Of a stretch of 64,000 bases of DNA, positions 40,991-51,865 are shown piece after piece. The position numbers and the translations under genes are program-made. Origin of the DNA: Vicugna vicugna (taxonomy: Eukaryota); the NCBI GenBank assembly GCA_013265495.1, contig MU057865.1:1116001-1180000 (forward strand), written 5' to 3'. The notes under the pieces were generated by a model, which had not been told where the DNA came from, made no database searches, and was given only the letters and a program-made list of their open reading frames with translations. Numbering within the stretch: the stretch's first letter is position 1; every line of letters starts with the position of its first letter.

Positions 40991-41869
40991 CAGCTTGGGA
41001 CAGAGTGCTTCTCTAAAGGGACAGATCATAAAGTCTTTGGATTTTGCAGTCCATAAAATTTCTGTTGCTACTACTCCATTTTGACCTTGTAGTGAGAAGG
41101 TAGCCATCTATATTATGTAAAGGAAGGGGTTTGGCTGTAGGCAATACAACTTTATTTGCCAAAAAAGGGGTTATGTTAGAGCAGGCAGAGAGCTAGATAT
41201 GAGCAGAGAAAGGGGGTCACAGACCAAATGGCAGGAACTGGGCAGAAAGGAGAGACAGAGGCCAAATGCAGGAAACCACACATCATGGAAGCACCAGGGG
41301 TCCCTGAGCAGAGAAGGAAAAGCAGGGACCTCTGGGCTGATAAGGGGCCACGCTTTTTGGCCTGGAGGCCAACAAAGAAAGGTGGGAAAAGGCAGGAATT
41401 TCCAGGGTCCAAATGTAACCTTTTGCACATTATGCCCTCATTTTAATAAAATTAGCCTTGCAGACCAGAAGTACCCATCATGCACTGATGCCATGACACT
41501 TCTGAGCCAGACTAAATAAGGACAAAAATCCCTCTTCCCTTTGGGAAGGTGGAGTTGGGATGATAATCAGGGAATGCGACCCCAAACTCTTCCCTCCCCA
41601 GTGAATATTCCACCAATTCATTTCTACACCCTATGTAACCAACTTGTCAAAGAAACTCAGGGCAGCCGCTCACGTGAACCTGCCCACTCTCCCCCTGACA
41701 GTGTGCTATCCATCCTTTAATAAATCCTCACTTTATTTTTCTTAACCTCTACGTCTTGTCTCTGAATTCTTTCCGGGACGGGACAAGAACCTGGATCACC
41801 GGTTGGATCCACCGGCAGCAGTTAGGCAGGCAGGATTGGCCTCTGGGTTGCAGTTTGCTGATTTCTCTG
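40991..41869 (+). mobile_element. MER58A-like hAT-Charlie MITE split by an LTR
   Basis: 'taaagggacagat...tctgttgctactactcc...ggtagccat...tttggctgt...actttatttgccaaaa' resumes after the LTR as 'ggcaggcaggattggcctctgggttgcagtttgctga'. Confidence 0.8.
41174..41820 (+). mobile_element. Solo ERV1-class LTR
   Basis: TGTTAG...CAGCA termini, perfect 4-bp TSD GTTA, AATAAA near 41719, several retained CpGs at the 3' end. Confidence 0.9.
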
Positions 41870-43351
41870 CTAAAGGGAAAAAGCCAGACGCAAAAGACTA
41901 TATACCGTCTGATCCCATACGTGAGTAGACTGTGAAAGGCATTTAAGAGATTTTTCGGGGTAATGAATGTGTTCTTAACCTGGATTTTGGTGATGATTAC
42001 ACAACTCTGTAAATATATTAAAAATCTTTGTGCTATAAAATGAAATTTAATCAATTTATGATGTACAAATCATATGATGAAATATTAGCATGTGTTAAAT
42101 ATGTGTAACAGATATATGATTATAATATCATTTGGTACACTTTTCTATATTCTTCAAATATTTCCACAATTAAAATATGAAAAGGTAATTATGTGAGGCT
42201 TCAAACCCACATATGGAACAGAATTAAAATAAGACTCAGAGAAGTGACATGACTCACTGAGAATTACGTAACCAATTAATACAGAGTCAAGACTCAGATT
42301 CAGGCCTCCTCATCTTCACTTCTTTCACACTGAATTTCATTGCTCTATTTTTATAGAGGGGAAAAAACATGGAGGCAAGAGAGTGTTTTATTCTTTGTTT
42401 TCTATTTCTTTTCCTAATTTCTCCATGTTGATCTATTCTATAAGAAACGAGCTCACAGAAACAATAGTAAATTCCTGAAAGTTTATAGGAATTCACATAA
42501 ACATGAATATGTAAAAACTGTTTTGGTGGCATCTTTGGTCTTCGATAACTCTCTGTAAAAATTACTTGTTAACCTACTAAAACTTTAGAAGACACTCTCT
42601 TAATAGTATTCTGGATTTTTTTTTTTTAAATCATCTTTCACTTAGTGTCAGGCTGGGTACAAATTTAATGAATTAGTTTCACAAGGGTTAATTTTTTTTA
42701 TTAAACGTACAATTTTCAAGTGCTACATAGAAATTATTTTTAGAAAACTTATCAACTTGCCATGACATGTTAATACTGTGTGTGTGTGTGTGTATGTGTG
42801 TAATTATTTCATCTTTCTTTTTACATCTTTCACAACAGTGCTTCTTAAACTTTAACGTACATAGATAAACACCTGCCCTGTCAAAAAAGGAGCAGTTTGA
42901 TTCACCCCTTTTTTGCAAATGCTTTAAAAGCTGTACGATTATTTAAATGGTAGAATAAGCCAGAATCCTAAAACAAAATTCTGATGAAAAGTTCAATACT
43001 TAACGATAGTTATTTTTTATTTTTCATATTGATTGCATTCCATTTATATGTTTGCCTTTGATATTTCTTTACATTGGGAAAAGTCATTCATGTAATTTCT
43101 TTCTGTGTTGATTTCATACAGCTTGTTTCCTTGCTTGGTTCTAGGACACTGACTTCATTTCTCACGAAGGATACCCCAGACCAGTAAGTTTAGCCATCTG
43201 TATCCCAAAAGTTTTGTGTCCCAATTTTTTTAAGAAGTTGGTTGGCCGAATTTTCACGTATTAGTCTTTAAGAAGGAAAGAGGAAGATGCGGTAAAAATA
43301 TGAATCAATTTCTTTAGAGCTCAGCAATTGGTTCTGCCACAGAATAGAGCT

Positions 43352-43841
43352 TGTGAATGAAAAATACTGCAAACCTCATATCAGTAAACAAAGAACGCGG
43401 AAACCATCAAGTCATCAGCGGCTGCCGCCACCCCCCAGGGAAGACAAGCCCGCAGCCCGGCCTCTGCAGCCTCTCACAGCGGTGCACCCTGAGGGGACTC
43501 AGAACAAGAAAGGACAGGACTCCGGCCCTAGATAGAGAGGTGCTTGTCAAAGGAATGAATTCAATGAGCCCAAATGTTTGCTTCCTCCCATACATAGAAA
43601 AGCGCTAAATTCTTTAACTTGAGATGCCTGGCTTTCTTTAGATAACAAGTAATCTTTTAATGTCCCAACTACCTGGTCTTTGTTGTGAAGCTCCTATATG
43701 TCCTCCCCGTCTCTTCGGAGCAGCCCCTCGGAGCGATCTGAGAGGCTGTCATCCTGGGCTGGAAGGGGTTCGAATCCTCAGAAATGTCCCCCAAATAAAA
43801 CATAACTCGACTTTTAGGCTGTGTATTTATTTCCATCGACA
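43352..43841 (+). mobile_element. Solo ERV1 LTR, MER41-like
   Basis: TGTGAA...TCGACA termini, perfect TSD AGCT, 'cccaaataaaacataactc' polyA region. Confidence 0.9.
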
Positions 43842-44904
43842 AGCTGTAAGTAGAGCTACGGAAAAGGAGTGAGATTTGGGGCGTATCTGGAGCAATTTCC
43901 CATTCCATATTTCTCACCCTTGTCTATTAGAAAGCTAAAATACAAAGTGAAGGGAAACAAAACAGAAACATTAAAATCCAATCAATGCAAATCATGGGAA
44001 TGTGTGCAGGTGGTCAAGAGAAAGTATTTAAAATTTTATAGACGAGACCCAAGCTCATTCATTGCCAAGCTGAGTTAATTGGGATAAAATGCTATTACTC
44101 GTGTTATTCTATTAGGTTGGATTTGAAGTTACCACTGCAGGAGCTTATACTTAGGTCAGAGTTTACTATAAATACGGCAAATGTTATCTAATTTGTTTAT
44201 TTTTATTTCTCTCTTTAAACTGTGTATGTACCCATATATACAATAGCTGACTGCATATGAGATTTTATTTTGGTTTTAAACTACAATTATTTGCTAAGGG
44301 TCTTTAGTAGCCTGGATGGCCAAAAACATGTGAAATCGTTCGCTTTCCAAGCAAAGCTTTATTAAAGATGGAGACATCCTTTTCTGCCTTCGCTACATGA
44401 CATACGTACTGTGACTGACTCCTCTTTACCTAGTGAATAAGTTTTAAAATATTGGGTCATTTAACTGGCAGTAGAAAAGTGAAAACAAAACAAAACAAAA
44501 TAAAAAACTTGTTTTCTGCTGAATTTTAAGGTTATCACTTAATTATCTATGGGGAATAGAAAAATATGAATTCTGGACATTTCATTATGCTGTTTTTTTT
44601 TTTTTTTGTAACATTTTCCGCCCCTTGAGATGATGTGTAAGTCTGGCAGGAGAAGAGGCTCTGGATAAAAATAGTGGGGGAGGTGGAGGATGATGGTCCC
44701 AGTTGTACAAATGCCAATAGCTTGTGTCTCTTGACATATGTCTCATTAGTTGTTTTGCATCAAAAATGAACTGCCCAATTTAACTACCTGCATTTTTTTT
44801 AACAGTCTTTGTCTCAATTCTAGTATTAGCTAATATTTTTACAGAGTTGTGTTTGTTTTCACTGTATCGTGGGCACTATTTGGAACCTTTAAAAATTTAA
44901 AATC

Positions 44905-45075
44905 TACGAAATCATTTATTTCTCGCAATGACTCTAGGAGGTTGACACTTTTTCATTCTAACACTGCAGATGGGGAAGTTGAAACACACAGAGGTAAGTG
45001 ACTTGCTCAAATGCATCCCCATCTTAAGAAACAGAGACAGGATACACACCGGATTTTGCATTGGATTTTGCCTTT
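44905..45075 (-). mobile_element. MIR SINE
   Basis: 'cagatggggaagttgaaacacacagaggtaagtgacttgctcaa'. Confidence 0.65.
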
Positions 45076-46884
45076 TAAAAAGTTGAAACATGGTTATAAT
45101 AAGGATTCTGTGAAAGGAATACATTATCAGCTCTGAAAGCAACATGCAAAGGAGCATGCCTACCATTTTGGGAACAATGTAGGCTGTTTAGAAGGCTATC
45201 CTCTCAGTTTCTCATTTTTTGAAGAACAGCACTCCTATGGATGCATAACGCCTCATTTGCTTTTCAAAAGCAAAAGCATCACCTGTCTTCTCTCTGATGC
45301 TTGTAAAAGTGTTTCTTTCTCTGAGAACGTACTCTTCACCAGCCTGTCCCTTTATCCTCTAATCCCAACACACACACACCAGTCCCTCTCTCTGTGTCGA
45401 AGTATGTGAGTGTGTCAGATTCGCGTGCAAACTGGTCTGCTCTGGAAGACTTGTAAAGGCTCCCACCTCACTAATTAGCAGATCTGAACTCTGCAGTTTG
45501 TCACTTGAGGTTACAGCCCATCAGGACAGTGAGAGGGGCTTTCGCTAACTTACGCCTGAAGGCTGCCCTGCACCTGCCACCCACGTCAGTAGACACAAGT
45601 CCAGATTCTTTGACCGCTGCCGAATCAGAAGCGGAGACTGGGTAATGAGAGAAGATTAATGCAGATCTGAACATCAGTCTGCATAGACAGCAAGCTTCCC
45701 TCTCTGGTCAAAAGGCCACAGGACTCTTTCACGGGTGGTGGGGTCAGTACTTACAGTTGATCTCAGTAGCCCTCAGCGTCCAGCTCAAACCCATCATATC
45801 ACACAAACATCATTATTCATGGCGAAGTTGCCCAGCCCTTCCACAGCACAGCTCTGCCGTATTTGACTCTGTAACCTATTCTTAAAGTGACTCCTAGGGG
45901 TTGACTGCATGCTGTGTACAGAGAACAATTTTTTCCCTTTATTTGTTAAACTTATTTCCATCATTAACCTCTTGCTGTAACCCTTTGATCTCCCTTTTCC
46001 ACTGGTTTCAGGATGTGGGTGAGAAATAATTGACCTGTTTATCTGGAACCATCCTAATAGGAAACCCCACAGTGAAGCCTCCTTGGCAGGAATTTCCCTA
46101 GTTGGGCATAAGCTCTCCTAAACCAAAACCTTGTCTTAATGTGCTCTACACTGGGGGCCAATTCAGGCACCCCAAATTGTCCGGCACGTCACTCCACAGT
46201 TTTCTACAGGGAGAGAAGTGATCACACACCGCTCGGTCTGGGACACATTCTCTATCCTTAACCGAGTTTTCTAAGTTTTCTGTAAAATTTACAAAGACAA
46301 AGTCTCTTTTGTCAGCCACATTCCATCCCTGAGGTGCAGGCCTCTGAGAAAAGAGGATGCACTGGATACAGTGCAGGCTGGACCCAGCCACGTCCACCCA
46401 CAGATGTGTCATGAGGTAGACCAGGACACTAGGCTCAGTCACTGGACTCCAGGTCTTCTCTCTTTAACCTGGGAGATGTGCAGATGTCCCTGAAAATATC
46501 CATCCAGGGCATGTGGCAAAGCACAAAGTCCTTCTCAAAGTGGTGGATGGTCACTGTGCTGTATTGTGTTAGTGGGAAGAGCAGTCCCTTGGCACTAGTG
46601 AGTGGTTGACAGATTCTTGCAGGATGAACACTACCAGCCAGTTTCAACACTACCCCTAAACAAAACTGTCTCCTTAAAAGCACGGCTCTCCTTCAGCGGC
46701 GTACACTTATCTAATCAAGACCCCTCCTTCAAACAAAATCTGCCTTAGGAAAATTAAATATATTTTAAATAATTTTAAAAGAAAAAAATACTTTCATCCT
46801 GCCAATATTTGCTTGCTTCCAGAAACTCTAAATGCTTCTAGGCTGTAGTCATTTCTTTTGTCAAATTAGGAACCTGGACTAGGA

Positions 46885-47115
46885 CCAGAGATTCTTAAAG
46901 TCTGGAATCCAGAGCATCAGCTGGAAATGTGTTAGACATATGCCCGTTCCCAGGTCCCACCCTAGATGTGTTAGAGCAGAAACTTTTAAAATGCTTATTT
47001 CCCATCATATTTTGGAGTCCATCTTCCTACTGAAAAATCGTTGAATTTCATCTCCCTACGTCAGCTCACTGTGGCTACATCTCCGCTACGTTCAAAATAA
47101 CTCCCTGGTGATCCG
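46885..47115 (+). mobile_element. MER5A-like MITE fragments
   Basis: 'ttcttaaagtctgg...gcatcagctggaaatgtgttagacat...caggtcccacc...cagaaact' and 'actccctggtgat'. Confidence 0.5.
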
Positions 47116-48039
47116 CGGTTGACAAAGGCTTTAAACGTTGCTTGAGCCAAATCGAAGCCTCGAGATCCCTGGGGAAGTCATGTTACAGCAACAGGGGTTA
47201 TTTGACGGGGGTGTATCTGGGCGTGTGAGTGGGTGGCGTGTCAGTGTGTCTGTGCAGATGGTGAAATTGAAGACGTTACTACACGGACTATATTACATAG
47301 AATAAATAATTTTCTGTTCTGTTTCCTTAATATATTTTGCCCTCAACTGATTTGGATCTTTTTAAAAAATGGCTTTTCCACTTGTCCACTCTTGAGTTAG
47401 CCTCGATAATTACCAGGTGTCAGGCTCTGAGGCTCACGGAGGCACTCCTCACTCTCTCCTGGGTTCTATAAGCCATCTGGCATCACTGGACTAGGACGCC
47501 AGGATCTCAGGACTACCTTTAACGGCACTTCGGGGCGGATGACACACTTGAGCGACTTGTAGGCCATGAAATGGTCCCATCCTTCTTGGCCTGGGTCAGG
47601 TTCTTATGAACCTGCTCACATTTCGATTGTTGGATGATAATGTTATTAATGAATGTAGGAGACGGGAGATTGAAGACGTCTGGAAAACAGCTTGGATATG
47701 TTGACAATTTTACGTAACCTAAAGATTGTTAACCCTGGCTCTGTATGAAGGAAAGACGAGCCATTCAACATTTATTGTTAAGCATACATTAAATTACTTT
47801 TGCCACCTTCAGAAAAAGCAGTCAGTGCTTAGTTTCTCTCTCATATTATTTCTGCCTGCTTCTCACATTGTATCCCTGTAATGCATGGTCAGGGCTCCCT
47901 CCACACCCGCCTCCTTCTGGTAGATTCCATACCCGAGACTTTTCTTCTTCCCCCTGCTTGTTTTCAGAAGGATTAATTCTTTTTCTCTATTCATCAGTGC
48001 CCGTTTTATTAAACTCTAATAAATTTTCCTAATTTTGTT

Positions 48040-48690
48040 AGTTTCTTCATTCAGTTAGGAATGCTGAACCCCACCTGGTGTAGGACAGTTTCTCAGTGAT
48101 GGGGAAGCTCAGAGAACCAGGGCATGGTATGAGTGATGGGAGGGAGAAGTCCACTTCACACAGCGGGTCAGGGAAAGCCTTTCTCTAGGATGACATCTGA
48201 GATGAGACCTGAATGTTGAGAAGAAGTCGGCCAAGTGGAAATCTTGGGAAGAGGAATCCAGGGAGAGGAAACAGCAAAGTCAGTGCTGGTGAGGCAGGAA
48301 GAAACTTCTCATGTTAATGGAGATGCCAGAGAACCCAAGAGTAGGTGGAGATGAGGGAGGGTAAGGATTCAGGTTCCAGGATGTCCGTCAAGGTAAGTCA
48401 TTTGGATGTTACTCTAAGTACTTGGTGAGACTACTAGCAAGTTTTCATCTGGTGGTATGAGTTGACTTAAAGGGTGACTCTGGTTACTGGTGAAGGAAGA
48501 TGGCAAAGGGGCAATTGAGGAAAACAGTTAGGCGCACAATACAGGAATGCAGGCCAGGCACAGTGATGGCGCAGCTAGATTGACAGCCGTGGACATGGAA
48601 GTGGCCAGACCCAGCACATACTTCAGTGACAGGGTTTTCTAGCTCTTGCTGATGGATTAGATGCAATACAATGAAACCAGTGAGTTACAT
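48040..48690 (-). mobile_element. L2 LINE fragment
   Basis: 'ggtcagggaaagcctttctctaggatgacatctgagatgagacctgaatg' is a classic L2 antisense motif. Confidence 0.75.
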
Positions 48691-48984
48691 CCCAGTGGAA
48701 TTAGCCGTATAAAGGAAGACTCTTTAAACCTGAAATGCCTTAACTCAGATGGATGCTGTTGCTAATGGTGCAATTCTACATAGGGGCATTTTAGGACAGG
48801 CGTCTTTTATAGTCTTTCAGATATCACTCATAGCTGGATAGAGCGCACTATTTACTGCTCAGTCACTCACTTGACCAAATCCAGCCTTTTCCTCATCTGC
48901 ATGACAAACAAAGGCTAATTATGCTTGCTAAATGACTGCAATTTACTGAGAAACAAACAGCAAAAAGCCAACTTACAGAACACA

Positions 48985-49022
48985 CAAACAAATCAACAAA
49001 ACAAACAAACAAACAAACAAAC
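48985..49022. repeat. (AAAC)n microsatellite
   Basis: Direct reading. Confidence 0.9.
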
Positions 49023-49049
49023 GAGGGTGGAGAGGAATAAAGAGGAAAC

Positions 49050-50300
49050 TCAAAGCACACGAGGCCGAGGCATCCTGGTTTAGACCTTAGAGGTCCCACG
49101 TTCCTTGACCACCATGGGATGCCCGCAGCCTGTGGTCTGGAGGCAGCATGACCGGGAAAGAAGCAAACCCTGTTCACTTTGGTTGACCTTCCCGTCACTT
49201 TCCAGACAACCACAGTGACAACAGTGGCCACAGAAGCAAAAGCCATAAAATCCCCTGGCCTGGCTCTCCCTCCCCTTTTATTTCCCTCCCCTCCTATGGC
49301 AGGGAGCACAGAGGACAAGTCTGCCATTAACTATTTGCAAATGATCAGTTACCCGGGGCAGCTGTTTGCTCACCGGATGGCCATGCCAAGCACAGCTGCT
49401 CAGACGCGCCAGCCCAGTTTGGCCGGACCACTCACCACCCGCCCCCAAACGGCCCCCAGGCTGCCTCAGGAAAAACAGAGCGGGCTGAGCCCCAAACTGG
49501 CAGGATGGACGATGGTTTCTCACTCCCCGAGGAGCGCAACTTCCCCACATCCTGGCCTCCTTGGACCCCGCTGCGAGGCTGGCGGAGAAGCGCTTGACCA
49601 GCAGTCTCACCTCCGTGGACGCTGCTGGGCTGAAAACTGAGGGATGATAACTCTTCAGGGGTTACTGGCCGGTTCCTAAGAAGAGCCGCCTCGCCGCTGC
49701 CTGGGTCCTCTGGTTGCATTTTTAAAAAGCAAGCGGCTTTGTGCTTCCACTTATTAATTTTCGCCAGCTTCTAAAGGTCAACGACCTGGCAAGCGGAGAT
49801 TCACAAGTAACAGGTGCAGAGATGCTGCCGCCTGCCTCCACGGGACATCGCTCTGTCACTTTTATTTACTGAATCAATCCACCAGTGTCCAGCAGGAGAA
49901 CAACAGCTAAATGGCCATTAATTGTGGGCTGATGTGCAGATGAAACAAATCTCCAAAGGGACTGTAAACCTTTGTTCCTTCACCTCCTCCTGCTCCTGCT
50001 CTGGAATTAGCAGTAAATCATCCAGCAGCCTCACCTCCTTACTATAAATTTACCATTAGGGGCGTCCCAGGTGAGCCAGCGCTAACCTCTCTCTCCCGCA
50101 TCCTTTCCTCCCTCCCTCCCTCCCTGTCTCTCCCCTCCTGCCCCTCTCTTCTTTCTTTGCCTTCATCTTTTTTCATCTCTCTTCACAGTCTTTCTGTCTC
50201 TGTTTTTCTTTCTCGCGCACACACACTCTCATTTCCCAGCATAATGGCCTTTTATTAAAATTACCTCACTGTCCCCAGGAACGTCATTTTCTGCCCATGC
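49050..50300. promoter_or_regulatory. Candidate enhancer or weak orphan CpG island
   Basis: About 25 CpGs by manual count in 49400-49860 against a CpG-poor background; non-repetitive; dense TAAT, SOX, PBX/HOX-like and IR1-like motifs at 49740-50060. Confidence 0.5.
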
Positions 50301-50628
50301 CAACACCCATCTTTGCCCTTCTCCCACATGTGTATATATAGACACAGGGTATGGATACAGCTGGGATTCCTATGGCATTAAAAAAAAAAAGCAGAAAAAG
50401 TTATCTTCAAAAGGAGTTCTTCTTCTCCACCTTTCTGTCCTTATTCTTCAGAAAAGCTCTTTAACTCCTCAGAGTCCAAAAGGAGCTTAATTAAAGTGTA
50501 AAAGGGAATTTGAAAGTAAGCAACAGACAAAGAAGAAATACAGTGGATCTGAGCTCTGTCGAAGAGTCTGGGGAACACATTGCGAGGTTTTTTGGTTTTT
50601 TTTTTTTAATCATCTCTAAGACACGCAC

Positions 50629-50650
50629 AGCTGGCCCCTGGTGGCCAGCT
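50629..50650 (-). promoter_or_regulatory. CTCF-like motif
   Basis: Minus strand TGGCCACCAGGGGCCAG versus consensus TGGCCACCAGGGGGC(A/G); one mismatch at a conserved G. Confidence 0.4.
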
Positions 50651-51564
50651 ACGGGCACAGTTTGATTTGAGAGGCATTAGGGGAGGCAACCTTGAGTCCC
50701 CAAATGAATCTTCAAACTGGTCACCGTAATGAGCACAAATCCATAATGGATTTCACTCTGCTCATATACTGGTATTAAGCGTCATCTTTTTCATATGTCC
50801 TTTAAAAATAATGTATGTTTTATGCTAATCAGTCATCTATGCCTTAACAGAGCGATTTCTCTCTGCAGTCATAGCGGGATTGTACTGACAGAGTGACTTG
50901 GAGTGAAGTGGGCGGACCCGAAAAGACCTGTCCTTAGGGAAATGGTGCAGAGAAGCAGGGAGGGCGAGGTAGCAAAAAGAATACACTTTCCATACTTCAT
51001 ACCAGGGCTAAGGAAAGGCTCTGGGAGTAAGTCTCCAGGTTGGGGAAGGGGGTGTAAATCACACTTCCCTAGTGGCCACTGCTATTAATAAAGCGCAGTG
51101 GTTGGTGTGCACGCCCAGTGAGTTATTCATACACCTGCTTTTGTCACTTCATCATGCAGCACATTGCCTGGGACACAGGAAAAAGCAAAACTAAGTTGCA
51201 CAACTGTGTACTGAGGGCTAAGCATATTCACAGCTGGGATTTCCAGGTTATCCAGAATTCCAAAGTCACTGAAGAATAACCCGATTTAAAACATTTGTAT
51301 TGACATTGTGCATTTAATATTGTTTCCTTACTAATGCTTATCAACTGTTTTGGAAAGGAAACAGTATAGTTTTAGGAATATCACCTCAGTCTAAACAGCC
51401 TGGATTTATACCCCACCTCTTCCATGTATTCACGGTGGGACGCTAGCTGTTTCGGACTTTTATTAATTTATTCAACAAACAAGATTTTCTAGAGTTCACA
51501 TGGTGAACAGAAACTGACAGTGGCCACGCCTCCATGAGACTAACAGCCTAAACGTAAAATCCTG

Positions 51565-51865
51565 ACTCTTTATTTTTTTAACTGACATAGAGTCAGTTAC
51601 TATGTGTCAATTTCTGGTGCACAGCACAATGTCCCAGTCATGCATATATATATACATATATTCATTTTCATATTCTTTTTCATTAAAGGTTATTATAAGA
51701 TATTGAATATAGTTCCCTGAGCTATTCAGAAGTTTGCTTTTTTTATCTATTTTTATATAGAGTGGTTAACATCTGCAAATCTCAAACTCCCAAATTTACC
51801 CATTCTCACCCCCTTTCCTCCTGTAACCATAGGATTGTTTACTATGTCTGTTTGTGCTTGTAGAT
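51565..51865 (-). mobile_element. 5'-truncated L1 3' end (lineage-specific)
   Basis: 'ggttattataagatattgaatatagttccctg', 'tttctggtgcacagcacaatg' are antisense artiodactyl-type L1 3' UTR motifs. Confidence 0.8.

Larger units (their letters stand above)
37106..42070 (+). mobile_element. L1M (L1MB-like) ORF2 plus 3' UTR, host to several nested insertions
   Basis: Colinear ORF2 motifs ('tggttctttgagaagaccaacaaaatt', 'cacttctattcaacactgtgct', 'gcagatgacatcatt'), 3' UTR to about 42070. Confidence 0.85.

Noticed and set aside
39551..43841. Possible provirus or composite transposon bounded by the two similar LTRs
   Set aside because: LTRs are inverted, each has its own TSD, and the interior is L1/MER58/other LTR rather than gag-pol-env
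48893..49719. Overlapping 95-153 aa ORFs
   Set aside because: Expected in GC-rich DNA with few stop codons; open on both strands with no recognisable protein
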